A stretch of 20,000 nucleotides of DNA from an uncultured virus (IMG/VR IMGVR_UViG_3300027793_000064) (IMGVR_UViG_3300027793_000064), one strand, 5' to 3'; counted from the first letter of the stretch, positions 1-7,237 are shown. A program made the numbers and translations. Notes: generated by a model from the letters alone, not told the origin.

Positions 1-290
1 TTGCCGATGTTTTCATAATAGATCTCCACAGCTTTCTGCGGATAATTGACGCACAATTCTTCGAACTTCTCTTCCTGTTCTACATCATCGAACTCTAGTT
101 CGGTTTCTGTGATGTTAGCACTAGGCAATCCGTTAGGATACTTGGCTGCCAGCAGTGCTTCATAGAAAGCAACATAGCTAGCGTTACCATCGGCTTTAAT
201 GTAACCGCAGCCGATCACAATATCGGTACGGCTTGCAGGAGTGGCCTGCAGCTCGGTGACCTTGGCCAGCAGTTCGGTTCCGGTGAGCAT
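1..290 (-). CDS. cyanobacterial AbrB-like N-terminal domain protein with acidic extension (3' end truncated by the window)
   Basis: Manual translation MLTGTELLAKVTELQATPASRTDIVIGCGYIKADGNASYVAFYEALLAAK resembles the cyAbrB N-terminus (LTG..LL.KV.EL...CGY...FY.ALLAAK); -10 box CATACT at 316-321. Confidence 0.75.
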   Translation of the reverse strand, partial: MLTGTELLAKVTELQATPASRTDIVIGCGYIKADGNASYVAFYEALLAAKYPNGLPSANITETELEFDDVEQEEKFEELCVNYPQKAVEIYYENIG

Positions 291-437
291 CGATCGATCC
301 GTTTGGGACTCACCTAGTATGGGTCCAGCGACCGCACTAGAACAGCCGCCTTGTGCCAGTGGTCGAACTGGTTTTTTCTGGTCAGAATCGGTTGAAATGG
401 CCCCATAACCTGCTAGACTATGGGAACAAGAGAAGAA

Positions 438-484
438 GAGAGCAAGAAGCTCGATGACGAGAAGTAAGCCACAGCCACCCTGCC
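438..484 (+). ncRNA. dispersed two-hairpin repeat, copy 1 (putative small RNA)
   Basis: GAGAGC-AAGAA-GCTC-GATGACGA-GAA-GTAAGC-CACA-GCCAC-CCTGCC; upstream TTGAAA(392)-16 bp-TAGACT(414). Confidence 0.6.
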
Positions 485-511
485 ATGAAATAGTTAAGTA
501 TAAAGAATAAG

Positions 512-540
512 AAAAAGAGTTAGAATAACTAACTCTTCTG
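512..540 (-). terminator. intrinsic terminator
   Basis: AAGAGTTAG-aataa-CTAACTCTT stem followed by a U tract on the minus strand, just after the ORF ending at 554. Confidence 0.75.
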
Positions 541-553
541 AAGTTTGTGTTAC

Positions 554-715
554 TTAGTAACGATCCATCAGCACCTTAAGGTCGCGCAGCGCAGTAACCT
601 TTCTAGAGTCGGGATCGCTTAGCCTTTGCTGGGACCACAGATGGTGAGCGATGGCATCCTGCAGCGCCAGCAGTTGCGAGTTGGTGAGGTTCAAGACGAC
701 AGGAGTGATCTGCAT
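554..715 (-). CDS. hypothetical phage protein
   Basis: ORF; start moved to MQITP, downstream of the predicted -10 box at 742-747. Confidence 0.6.
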   Translation of the reverse strand: MQITPVVLNLTNSQLLALQDAIAHHLWSQQRLSDPDSRKVTALRDLKVLMDRY

Positions 716-778
716 GGGGTGGAATCCCTTTCGACTCCCATAGTCTCTCATGCCTTATGGGGAAGATCAAGTGGGTCT

Positions 779-801
779 TGTGCCAGAAAATAAGTGGCAC
801 A
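779..801. promoter_or_regulatory. dyad operator TGTGCCA-N9-TGGCACA between divergent promoters
   Basis: Inverted repeat lying 31 bp from GAGACT (742-747, minus) and 31 bp from TAGACT (833-838, plus). Confidence 0.7.
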
Positions 802-855
802 CTCCACCCCCATGAGGCGGTAGTGGATGCAGTAGACTATGGGAACAAGAGAAGA

Positions 856-903
856 GGAGGCTAAGAAGGCCAGTGACGACAAGTAAGCCACAGCCACCCT
901 GCC
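856..903 (+). ncRNA. dispersed two-hairpin repeat, copy 2
   Basis: GGAGGCT-AAGAA-GGCC-AGTGACGA-CAA-GTAAGC-CACA-GCCAC-CCTGCC; -10 box TAGACT at 833. Confidence 0.6.
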
Positions 904-964
904 ACAAAATAATACGAAATACGAAATTAAAAAAACGAATTTTTATAATTTTTGTAAAAATCTA

Positions 965-997
965 CAGGAGCCAGTGATACCTTCTCACCAGCTCCTG
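965..997 (-). terminator. hairpin of the GGAGCCWGTGAWAC family, probable terminator
   Basis: CAGGAGC..GTGA/TCAC..GCTCCTG stem followed by U-rich sequence on the minus strand. Confidence 0.55.
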
Positions 998-1007
998 ATA
1001 CTGTATC

Positions 1008-1337
1008 TTATGGACGCCAAGTATCAGGGAACACATCTTTAATATAATTCTTCACAACATCTTGTTCTTCTTTTGTATCCAGATCTTCATATTGTGTCCA
1101 CCATGATTCACCAATGAACCACATCTCATTAGGATCAAAGCTACCAACACCATGCTGATAGTCACCATCACGCTCAATGTGCCATTCTCGCTCAAAGATA
1201 GAATCTTCTATCTCATTGGCTGCACTAATGTATGATTTTGTGTCATAAGAGTTATGATAAACAAACTTCATACACTCATCAACAAAAACCTGACCAAGTT
1301 CTTCGAGATAAGATTTGCTGGTGGTGACGGTAGGCAT
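1008..1337 (-). CDS. hypothetical acidic phage protein
   Basis: ORF; likely start MPTVTT, since the upstream extension is a low-complexity AT tract. Confidence 0.7.
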   Translation of the reverse strand: MPTVTTSKSYLEELGQVFVDECMKFVYHNSYDTKSYISAANEIEDSIFEREWHIERDGDYQHGVGSFDPNEMWFIGESWWTQYEDLDTKEEQDVVKNYIKDVFPDTWRP

Positions 1338-1488
1338 GATGAAAAAAAAACGAAAAACGAAATCGAAAAAACGAAAATTAACAAAAATTGTTAATTTCTG
1401 TGGGAGCCAGTGAAACCGGCTCACCAGCCCATCATACCACAGACTCAGCCTCAGCTGTGATCACGATCTCAAGCCAGGTGTGGCAGTT

Positions 1489-1764
1489 CTAGAACTGTGT
1501 GGTTTTCATGGTCTCTTCTGCAAGATCATTACCTACAACACCGGCAATGAACTCTTGTGTAGAATCCTCATCCTCACCTTCTGCGACCCAGATGTCTTCA
1601 ATTAGCATTGCAATATCAGTATCACTCTGACCAGGATTTTGGTCAAAGGATTGTATCATCATTTGCATTGCATAAGAGAACAGATCATCACTGCTCATGT
1701 TATCAATGACACGATAGCAATGTGCAGTCAGCAGTTCGGAAACTTGTTCAGTGGTGAGAGCCAT
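1489..1764 (-). CDS. hypothetical acidic phage protein
   Basis: ORF from MALTTEQ; -10 box TACCTT at 1790-1795, dyad at 1826-1849. Confidence 0.75.
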   Translation of the reverse strand: MALTTEQVSELLTAHCYRVIDNMSSDDLFSYAMQMMIQSFDQNPGQSDTDIAMLIEDIWVAEGEDEDSTQEFIAGVVGNDLAEETMKTTQF

Positions 1765-1902
1765 GAGAAGAAATGTCCTCGACTCCCATAAGGTACTGCC
1801 ACCACCAGCACCAGAGCAACCGCCTTGTGCCAGTGGTTCTTCTGTCCCATCAGTGCCCCACCAGCTGGTTCTCATGCCTTATAGTTGTATCAACAACAAG
1901 GG

Positions 1903-1949
1903 GAGAGCACGAAGCTCGATGACGAACAGTAAGCCACGCTAACCCTGCC
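1903..1949 (+). ncRNA. dispersed two-hairpin repeat, copy 3
   Basis: GAGAGC-ACGAA-GCTC-GATGACGA-ACA-GTAAGC-CAC-GCTAAC-CCTGCC; -10 box TATAGT at 1880. Confidence 0.6.
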
Positions 1950-1973
1950 TTGAAATAATAAGATATAAAGAAT

Positions 1974-1994
1974 AAAAAAGGGATTGCTCCCTTT
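1974..1994 (-). terminator. intrinsic terminator
   Basis: AAAGGGA-ttgc-TCCCTTT stem with a U tract on the minus strand, after the ORF ending at 2000. Confidence 0.7.
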
Positions 1995-1999
1995 ATGTT

Positions 2000-2209
2000 T
2001 TAGATAGCAATCTCTACCCAATAACAATCAGGAGACTCCTCATCTTGATAACTTGTAACAAGACCTTTTGTGATAAGTTGTCCTAAGACTCCTGCTGTAA
2101 TGTGACTGTTATCGAATGGAGAAACCTCATGGAGCCAACCACAACCAGGCTGATCCATACCCTCTTTGATAGAATCAAGAAGCATTTGCTCTTTATCAGT
2201 CAGAGTCAT
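2000..2209 (-). CDS. hypothetical protein, possibly a winged-helix-like DNA-binding protein
   Basis: ORF from MTLTDKEQMLL; the segment AGVLGQLITKGLV weakly resembles a wHTH recognition helix. Confidence 0.65.
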   Translation of the reverse strand: MTLTDKEQMLLDSIKEGMDQPGCGWLHEVSPFDNSHITAGVLGQLITKGLVTSYQDEESPDCYWVEIAI

Positions 2210-2270
2210 GAGAAGAATTGATCTCAACTCCCATAAGATACAGCCGATTCCAGGTCAGTGGTGTGGTTCT

Positions 2271-2294
2271 TGTGCCAGTGATCTTAGTGGCACA
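2271..2294. promoter_or_regulatory. perfect dyad operator TGTGCCA-N10-TGGCACA between divergent promoters
   Basis: 30 bp from TATCTT (2235-2240, minus) and 30 bp from TATGAT (2325-2330, plus). Confidence 0.75.
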
Positions 2295-2344
2295 GTAGTG
2301 GGGTTCTTATGGGGTTCTGGGTCTTATGATAGTATCAAATCAAA

Positions 2345-2392
2345 CGAGGCTAAGAAGGCCGATGACGATCAGTGAGCCACGCTCACCCTGCG
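2345..2392 (+). ncRNA. dispersed two-hairpin repeat, copy 4
   Basis: GAGGCT-AAGAA-GGCC-GATGACGA-TCA-GTGAGC-CAC-GCTCAC-CCTGCG. Confidence 0.6.
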
Positions 2393-2450
2393 AAAAAATA
2401 CGAAATACGAAATTAAATTATTAAGAAATCATAAAAATATAAAAATCTCA

Positions 2451-2479
2451 TGGGAGCCTGTGATACTGTCAGGCTCCCA
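2451..2479 (-). terminator. hairpin of the GGAGCCWGTGAWAC family, probable terminator
   Basis: TGGGAGCCTG-9 nt-CAGGCTCCCA perfect 10-bp stem after the ORF ending at 2487. Confidence 0.65.
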
Positions 2480-2486
2480 CTATACT

Positions 2487-2849
2487 TCAACCTAGGTAAA
2501 AATCATCACGATTCCCATACATGAGATGATACCATTGCTCCTCTGTATCTACCTCTACCTCACGATGTTGTTCATCTAGTTCTACATCATATCTTCCACC
2601 ACCTTCACCAGCATCCACTGCCTCATGATATGGTGCATTAAGCTCACGATATACATGATCCACTGCAATCTTGTAAGCTTTATCTACTGCATCAGCCCAG
2701 ACATAAAACCTATCAGTTTCGATAGTATTCTCCTGGATGTTGTATGCTTTCCAGGTTTGGAAACAATAGCGAAATGCTGTTTGATCCTTATACTTAAAAG
2801 TATCAGTGCCGATCAGCTCGATACCACCAAGACCCAGATACTTTTCCAT
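2487..2849 (-). CDS. hypothetical phage protein
   Basis: ORF from MEKYLG; -10 box TAGATT at 2878-2883 and dyad at 2912-2935. Confidence 0.7.
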   Translation of the reverse strand: MEKYLGLGGIELIGTDTFKYKDQTAFRYCFQTWKAYNIQENTIETDRFYVWADAVDKAYKIAVDHVYRELNAPYHEAVDAGEGGGRYDVELDEQHREVEVDTEEQWYHLMYGNRDDFYLG

Positions 2850-2919
2850 GAGAAGAAAACGGTTTTTGAACAATTCAAATCTACAGGAGATTCCGCGAGA
2901 AATCCCCTGCAGTAGCCAG

Positions 2920-3105
2920 TTAAACGATTGGCACATCCTCCACCAGTTCGGGATAGTATTCTTGACATTCAGTGATCAATTCTTCGTCCGAATACTTATC
3001 ATAACCCTCGTCCAGGTAATCATAACAGAGTTGGGTCATTGTCTTAAGGTCCATGTCATCCAACATCTGCTGAATGAGTTGGTCTTGAAGTTCAGTGCGG
3101 TTCAT
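2920..3105 (-). CDS. small acidic cyanophage-type hypothetical protein
   Basis: ORF MNRTELQDQLIQQMLDDMDLKT...YSDEELITECQEYYPEL. Confidence 0.8.
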   Translation of the reverse strand: MNRTELQDQLIQQMLDDMDLKTMTQLCYDYLDEGYDKYSDEELITECQEYYPELVEDVPIV

Positions 3106-3254
3106 AATCAGAGGAGTTGAGTGAAGTTGTCATCGACTCCCAAACAATACGATGCCCACCACTACCTGTCAATCCCTCCACCGATCAGTGATCCTTATGA
3201 GTCAAACCCCCCCACAGCCCCCATCACATGCTAGAATTAACTCAACAACCAAAC

Positions 3255-3301
3255 GAGAGCAAGAAGCTCGATGACGATAAGTGAGCCACGCTTACCCTGC
3301 C
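3255..3301 (+). ncRNA. dispersed two-hairpin repeat, copy 5
   Basis: GAGAGC-AAGAA-GCTC-GATGACGA-TAA-GTGAGC-CAC-GCTTAC-CCTGCC; extended -10 box TGcTAGAAT at 3229-3237. Confidence 0.6.
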
Positions 3302-3505
3302 ATAAAATAATCGCCTCATAAGAATCTGATATATTTGATATTCTTATGAGCTAGTGTGATTCTCATAAGTATCTGATATATTTGAATGTTTTATGGATGG
3401 GGGTGGGGGCGATGAGTATTTGTGATATTTGTGATTCTTATGGGTCGGTGTGGGTCTTATGAGTCTTATGGGGGGTGTACCAGAAAAAAATCTGGTCGCG
3501 CCCCT

Positions 3506-3534
3506 TTGACAAAATCGAGCGAGCGTGTTATAAT
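3506..3534 (+). promoter_or_regulatory. consensus sigma70 promoter
   Basis: TTGACA (3506-3511), 17-bp spacer, TATAAT (3529-3534), with TG extended -10; no ORF downstream. Confidence 0.85.
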
Positions 3535-3604
3535 GGGACGGCCTAAACGGCAAGGTCTCATAAGGATTAAATGGTATTAAATGACATAAAAAACAAAAAA
3601 ATAT

Positions 3605-3765
3605 CACAAGAACTCATAAGAACACAAGAACTCATAAGAACACAAGAACTCATAAGAACATCAAATATAAGAAGAAATCATAAGAACACAAGAACTCATA
3701 AGAACATCAAATATAAGAAGAAATCATAAGAACACAAGAACTCATAAGAACATCAAATATAAGAA
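3605..3765. repeat. tandem repeat array: 18-bp CACAAGAACTCATAAGAA x5 within a 46-bp higher-order unit
   Basis: 18-mers at 3605, 3623, 3641, 3687, 3733; 46-bp units at 3641-3686, 3687-3732 and partial 3733-3765. Confidence 0.95.
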
Positions 3766-3949
3766 CAAAATAACACAATAAGATACGAATTCATATCATA
3801 AGAAGAACTAATATAAACAAGTATCAACAGTAACAAAACAATAAAAAACAATTAAAAAAAGCTTTTTAATTGAAATTTAAACAAAAATACGATATTTTAA
3901 ACAAAAATCATAAGATTTTAACCATTTTCTAGGAGAGCCTGTGATACTG

Positions 3950-4303
3950 TTATCCTGGGTGTTTGATCATCGTATCAGAGATGGATTGATCTTTATTCTT
4001 ACTGAACCCATGCTTCTTATAGAAACGATCTAATGCCTGTTTCTTTCCTTTATCTGGTTCTGGTGTTAATGTGACTGATGTATTATTTCTCTTTGCAACA
4101 TTGGATATTCCTTTCATAACTCTTGATCCTATACCTTGTCCTTGTTGTTCATCAGGAACACGGATATTGTTTACTCTTATTGTATTAGATCTTGGAGAAT
4201 GAGAAAACGATAATTTCATACCTGGATATCTTCTTTGGTAATTCTTCTCAATCGTTGAGAGAGCCTGTGATACATCTTCTAGAAATTGTGAATAAGATTT
4301 CAT
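3950..4303 (-). CDS. GNAT-family acetyltransferase with a putative capsid-targeting N-terminus
   Basis: Acetyl-CoA motif A V.DEQQGQGIGS and FYKKHGF; N-terminus MKSYSQFLED. Confidence 0.85.
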   Translation of the reverse strand: MKSYSQFLEDVSQALSTIEKNYQRRYPGMKLSFSHSPRSNTIRVNNIRVPDEQQGQGIGSRVMKGISNVAKRNNTSVTLTPEPDKGKKQALDRFYKKHGFSKNKDQSISDTMIKHPG

Positions 4304-4851
4304 GAGGAGTATTTCTTTATAAGATACTGTATGTATTCTTCTGGTGCATCACCTAGATCTGTTTCTGGGACTTCTGTATAGTGACCGAATTTTGCTAGTT
4401 TTCTTCCTGGTGGGTCATTATCACAAACGGTAATGATTGGGCGGTTTAAGAGGAGGAGAAAGTTGATGTAGTCTTTTGGTGGATCATTGGTTAGAGTGGC
4501 CAGTGCAGAAAAGTTTAGGGATGTCATTCTTGCTGCATCGAAAATACCTTCTGTAAGGAATACTGGTTGGTGTGGTGAATTAAGACTTTCAATGCCCCAT
4601 AAGGTTACAGTGGGATAATGCTTGTTTCGATATGTGTAATACTTGGAATGGAGTTTGTCCTGGAAAATCTTTTTGGAACCTTGAGGATTGTAGAACTGAT
4701 AACCTGTTAATTGACCTGATAGATTGTATAAGAGAAAAGTGGCAGTGTTTGTGTTTGAATCAATAATTGTTGGGTGGAGGTTGATGTTTAAGTGCCTTTG
4801 TTTCAGATGGGTTTTTATGTTCATAAAAAAAGTCCACTGAGAAGTGGACAC
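4300..4851 (-). CDS. small TOPRIM-domain primase-like protein (start may be 4824)
   Basis: VFLTEGIFDA and VCDNDPPG TOPRIM motifs; no zinc-binding domain seen. Confidence 0.8.
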   Translation of the reverse strand: MSTSQWTFFMNIKTHLKQRHLNINLHPTIIDSNTNTATFLLYNLSGQLTGYQFYNPQGSKKIFQDKLHSKYYTYRNKHYPTVTLWGIESLNSPHQPVFLTEGIFDAARMTSLNFSALATLTNDPPKDYINFLLLLNRPIITVCDNDPPGRKLAKFGHYTEVPETDLGDAPEEYIQYLIKKYSS

Positions 4852-4856
4852 ATGGT

Positions 4857-6329
4857 TTAATCGTTGACCGATACCATCGTAAGATGGTTCATTGCACGAG
4901 TGACCTGAACATACAATAGATTATTTTCTTGTTCAAGTTCCCATTCTTTTCTTGCCCACTTAGATGGAGAATACTTATCCATTCCCAGTGCAAATACTCT
5001 GGGGAACTCACGACCTTTTGATTTGTGAATAGTGGAAAGAACAAGAATTTGTTTATTCTCTGTATCATCAAAGATTTCTTTGATTTTATTTGTCAGAGTA
5101 GTGATGGTATCAGTTGGTCTACACTGATCAACAAAAACGAAAAGAGTTTCAACCTGATCCTCAATTACCTGACACAATGCCTCATTGCCTTTCTCCTTAT
5201 TCTTTTTGATCTCATCTTCTTTATAACCTTCTAACTTTGAAATAAGATCAGAAACATTCTTACTCTTCCATTTCGTTGCAAGTTTAATGAGTCCTTCACC
5301 AATTTTTCTTCCTTCGATCTTACAAGGGATTTTCTTGCGAATCAGATCATAAGCAACTTCAACTAATGGTTTCGTATTTCTACAAATGATGGCATCATTC
5401 TGTGTTACAAGATTTGGAAGTTCTTTGATAGTACATGCATCGACAATTCCTTCTGGTGAATTTTCATGAGATTGAATATGTGACACATAATTCTGTGCAA
5501 CTTTGACTACATTTTTGGGACAACGAAATGTCACGGAAAGTGGCATTTCTTTTGCATTAAATTCTTCTTTGATCAGACCCAGTGCATTATAATCTGCACC
5601 AGTGAAACCATAGATTGCCTGATGATTATCACCAACCGCAACGAGTTGTCCATTTGTTTTGAGCATCATTTTCACAAGTTGACGCCTTGTGGCATTGGTG
5701 TCTTGTGCCTCATCAAGAAAGATATGATCATATTGCCAGAGCTTCAGTCCACAATGAATAGGAAGATAGATCATATCAGAAAAATCAACCACATTCTTAA
5801 TCTTATTCGATTCATTTAACAAATACTGAGAAGCCTCAACTGCATTCTCATCAGAAACATCTTTGGGTAAAATATCCCACAGATTATAATGATCGAACAT
5901 ATCAATCCAATGATTATACTCATCATCTACTACTGCTCCGATACCAACTTCTTTTGCCATTGCAACAGAACTGATCACGAACTGCCTGAGATGTGCAGAC
6001 TTTCCATTGAAATGATCATCCGCAATTGTCCTTAGTTTGTTTCCATCAACTTTCACATTAGAAAATGCTCTCCTTACGGCACCAAAACCAAAGGAATGGA
6101 CAGTTCCGACATTTACATCTTTTTTAATCTTACTCTTTTGGATTTTAACTTCAATCTCCTTTGCAATTGCCTTATTGAATGCACAAAATGCAACAGAACC
6201 TTTTGTTGCAGAAAGCATTTCAATCAGTGTACTGGTCTTTCCTGCACCAGCAACAGCAGAAAGAATGATCGAATGATTGCTGTTTTTGACTGCATTGATA
6301 GCAGCAGCTTGTTGTGATGAGAGTTTCAT
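4857..6329 (-). CDS. UvrD/Rep-like SF1 DNA helicase
   Basis: AVAGAGKT (I), DEAQD (II), VGDNHQAIYGF (III), TFRCP (IV), STIHKSKGREF (V), LYVQVTRA (VI). Confidence 0.95.
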   Translation of the reverse strand: MKLSSQQAAAINAVKNSNHSIILSAVAGAGKTSTLIEMLSATKGSVAFCAFNKAIAKEIEVKIQKSKIKKDVNVGTVHSFGFGAVRRAFSNVKVDGNKLRTIADDHFNGKSAHLRQFVISSVAMAKEVGIGAVVDDEYNHWIDMFDHYNLWDILPKDVSDENAVEASQYLLNESNKIKNVVDFSDMIYLPIHCGLKLWQYDHIFLDEAQDTNATRRQLVKMMLKTNGQLVAVGDNHQAIYGFTGADYNALGLIKEEFNAKEMPLSVTFRCPKNVVKVAQNYVSHIQSHENSPEGIVDACTIKELPNLVTQNDAIICRNTKPLVEVAYDLIRKKIPCKIEGRKIGEGLIKLATKWKSKNVSDLISKLEGYKEDEIKKNKEKGNEALCQVIEDQVETLFVFVDQCRPTDTITTLTNKIKEIFDDTENKQILVLSTIHKSKGREFPRVFALGMDKYSPSKWARKEWELEQENNLLYVQVTRAMNHLTMVSVND

Positions 6330-6352
6330 AGGGGTTTCCCTGAACTGAGATT

Positions 6353-6412
6353 ATTGTAGCTCATACTATGAGGTGATGGAGATGGTCAGTGGACAATGCT
6401 GGGACTGTCCAT
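6353..6412 (-). promoter_or_regulatory. early promoter with dyad, upstream of the helicase
   Basis: -10 box TACAAT (6353-6358); GTGGACA-N10-TGTCCAT at 6389-6412, 30 bp upstream. Confidence 0.7.
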
Positions 6413-6465
6413 CAGTCTCCCCAGTATTCATACATAAAACCCTGTGGCGTGGAATACAGATGTTC

Positions 6466-7212
6466 CTACTTTCTGCCCGATCTCCAACCTTCGCCTGGAC
6501 ATTCTATAGAACGAGTGGTATTTCCGCAACCATCATTCCACCATTTCATACTACTCATTAGTCTTTCAATTTCTTGGCCACGACCAAGAACCCAACCTTC
6601 ACCTGGGCACTCTACAGAAAGAATGCAATTTCCACATCCATCATTCCAAAATTTTTTCCCATAATTATGATTATCTTCTCCCACATATTTACCTTTTTTT
6701 AGTTCGCTCAACATTCTCTTAGTTTCTTCAGAATGTTTTTTGCCTTTTCTTTTTTTACTCCAATTTTGTTTAGTTTCTTCAGAATGTTTTTTGCCGTAGA
6801 AAGGATTATTTTTGCCACTCAAAATTTCACTTCGTTTCCCTCTGGTTTCATCTGAAAATGATTTACCATACCTATGATTGTTTTCTCCTTTCATTGCTTC
6901 ACTTCTTTCTCTTTTCCATTCTTCACTTCTTATAAGACCAGAAAACCCTTCACCTCCATTAGTCCTATTCCTTAATATCCCAGTTCCCAAATCTTTTCTG
7001 CCAAAGACCGCAATCATATATTCCTCGTGCTTAAATGCGTCTTCTTCCAGGAGATTTTGTTTGAGAAATATTATTCTGGATTTGTCTTTTGGGAGTTGTA
7101 TTTCATTTTTGCGTTTATAATATGCTCTATTTCCTTCTCCTTTTCCAATGTAATAAGGACTTCCATCTTCACGCAAATATGCGTAAGTATAAAACCTTTT
7201 TGGGTCTTTCAT
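6466..7212 (-). CDS. free-standing GIY-YIG-like homing endonuclease with NUMOD3 repeats
   Basis: FYTYAY...YYIGKG...R...E...LRN.T.GGEG nuclease module; KHSEETK NUMOD3 repeats; two C-terminal WNDGCGN...ECPGEGW repeats. Confidence 0.85.
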   Translation of the reverse strand: MKDPKRFYTYAYLREDGSPYYIGKGEGNRAYYKRKNEIQLPKDKSRIIFLKQNLLEEDAFKHEEYMIAVFGRKDLGTGILRNRTNGGEGFSGLIRSEEWKRERSEAMKGENNHRYGKSFSDETRGKRSEILSGKNNPFYGKKHSEETKQNWSKKRKGKKHSEETKRMLSELKKGKYVGEDNHNYGKKFWNDGCGNCILSVECPGEGWVLGRGQEIERLMSSMKWWNDGCGNTTRSIECPGEGWRSGRK

Positions 7213-7237
7213 GCTGCTCTTAAGTTGGGTGCATTAT

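Noticed and set aside
1751..2375. Plus-strand ORFs 1751..1942 and 2166..2375 running through repeat copies
   Set aside because: They start antisense within real genes, upstream of the predicted promoters, and no common ORF is kept across the five copies.
438..3302. Dispersed element as a hammerhead ribozyme or CRISPR-repeat mimic
   Set aside because: GATGA resembles the hammerhead core, but CUGANGA with a correctly placed GAAA and three stems is missing. A GT...GAAAT repeat-like frame appears only in copies 1 and 3.
3344..3607. 87-aa minus-strand ORF in the origin-like block
   Set aside because: Low-complexity translation of G runs and repeats, overlapping a consensus promoter on the other strand.
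3605..3765. CRISPR array
   Set aside because: The sequences between repeats are identical or absent, so there are no unique spacers; no cas genes are present.
4832..4852. GTCCACT-gaga-AGTGGAC as another copy of the early dyad
   Set aside because: The half-sites are in the opposite order with a 4-bp spacer, and there is no -10 box at the expected distance; more likely a small RNA hairpin.
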